A stretch of 64,000 bases of DNA from NCBI GenBank assembly GCA_037447605.1, contig CM074804.1:7355909-7419908 (forward strand), given 5' to 3'. Shown piece by piece: positions 62,742-64,000 of the stretch. Source of the DNA: Zygnema circumcarinatum SAG 698-1b. Taxonomy: Eukaryota > Plantae > Zygnematophyceae. The notes under the pieces are model-generated. The model searched no databases and was not told the DNA's origin. It saw nothing but the letters and a program-made list of their open reading frames with translations. The translations under genes and the position numbers were made by a program. Position 1 is the stretch's first letter; each line of letters starts with the position of its first letter.

Positions 62742-64000
62742 CACAATTCGGACCAGTGGATCGGCAACCATTGGACAACCATTGGATGGCAATGGTTGGA
62801 CGTCTACTGGTTGGCAATCAGTCGACTGGTTGCCAACCAGTGGATGCCACTGGTTGGCAACCAGTCGAATGGTTGCACAGATCGGACCATTAGACAAACC
62901 AGTCGACTGGTTGGCAACCAGTCGAATGGTTTCCAACCAGTGGCATCCACTGGTTCCAAACCAGTCGAATGGTTGTTTCAATCCTGCGCCACTGGTTCGC
63001 AACCAGTCGAATGGTTGTTTCGATCCGGCGGCACTGGTTGCCAACCATTCGACTGGTTGCCAACCAGTGGCATCCACTGGTTCCAAACCAGTCGAATGGT
63101 TGCCAACCAGTGGCATCCACTGGTTCCAAACCAGTCGAATGGTTGCCAACCAGTGGCATCCACTGGTTCCAAACCAGTCGAATGGTTGCACAGATCGGAC
63201 CATTAGACAAACCAGTCGACTGGTTGGCAACCAGTCGAATGGTTGCCAACCATTCGACTGGTTGCCAACCATTGGATCACTGGTTCCGAACCAGTCGAAT
63301 GGTTGCACAGATCGGACCATTAGACAAACCAGTCGACTGGTTGGCAACCAGTCGAATGGTTGCACAGATCGGACCATTAGACAAACCAGTCGACTGGTTG
63401 CCAACCATTGGATCACTGGTTCGAACCAGTCGAATGGTTATATCCATTAAATCAAATGGTTGGCAACCATTCGACTGGTTGCCAACCAGTGGCATCCACT
63501 GGTTGGCAACCATTCGACTGGTTGCCAACCATTCGACTGGTTGCCAACCATTCGACTGGTTGCCAACCAGTCGACTGGTTGGCAACCATTCGACTGGTTG
63601 CCAACCAGTGGATGCCACTGGTTGGCAACCAGTCGAATGGTTGCACAGATCGGACCATTAGACAAACCAGTCGACTGGTTGGCAACCAGTGGTTGCGGAC
63701 CGAAACAACCATTCGACAGGTTACCAACCACTGGATGCCACTGGTTGGCAACCATTCGACTGGTTTGGAACCAGTGGATGCCAGTGGTTGGCAACTGATT
63801 GCCAACCAGTAGACGTCCAACCATTGCCATCCAATGGTTGTCCAATGGTTGCCGATCCACTGGTCCGAACTGTGAATGGTTGTTTCGGTCTGCAACCACT
63901 GGTTGGCAACCAGTCGAATGGTTGTTTCGATCTGGCGGCACTGGTTGGCAACCAGTCGAATGGTTATATCCATTAAATCAAATGGTTGGCAACCATTAAA
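62742..64000. repeat. Modular nested-palindrome satellite (19/24-bp monomers, 43- and 57-bp higher-order blocks) that runs off the window
   Basis: TGGTT-nnn-AACCA alternates with cores GTCGAC, GTCGAA/TTCGAC and GTGGCATCCAC/GTGGATGCCAC. A 43-bp unit occurs x3 from 63063. The GCACAGATCGGACCATTAGACA module occurs in blocks starting at 62870, 63183, 63300, 63357 and 63638. Confidence 0.95.

Noticed and set aside
62544-63999. Many overlapping ORFs in all six frames
   Set aside because: They are a by-product of stop-poor palindromic repeats. The 19- and 43-bp units are not multiples of 3, so the frame shifts continually.
62742-64000. CRISPR array
   Set aside because: The spacers are 3-22 bp, drawn from a small reused set and found in both orientations. 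There are no unique 30-40-bp spacers and no cas genes, and the context is eukaryotic.

Overview
Eukaryotic nuclear DNA, not prokaryotic. It is intron-rich and gene-dense, and most likely from a non-seed streptophyte, probably a charophyte alga; this is inferred from plant-type orthologues that are often strongly diverged. I reconstructed twelve spliced genes by hand, and all family names are recalled rather than searched: the 3' end of PLAA/DOA1 (+), NEMP (-), SPC24 (+), an At2g44870-like plastid protein (-), a 4x MATH/TRAF protein (+), AUG7/HAUS7 (+, 5' end not found), a RecD2 helicase (-), TMEM234 (+), a METTL21-like lysine methyltransferase (-), 5-FCL (+), an EXORDIUM/PHI-1 fusion protein (-) and NAP1 of the SCAR/WAVE complex (-). 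The most unusual observations are: (1) from 62.74 kb to the window end, a modular array in which AACCA/TGGTT half-sites alternate with a small set of cores present in both orientations, with a 76-bp perfect inverted repeat around most of it and a palindrome-rich flank; (2) a 3.1-kb element with 47-49-bp TGT...ACA terminal inverted repeats filled almost entirely with (CT)n/(AT)n; (3) an intact, spliced, apparently organelle-targeted bacterial-type RecD2; (4) an EXORDIUM + Cys-rich hevein-like + extensin-stalk secreted protein with five W-boxes at exact 10-bp spacing in intron 1. Internal exon boundaries are approximate, and no database searches were run.
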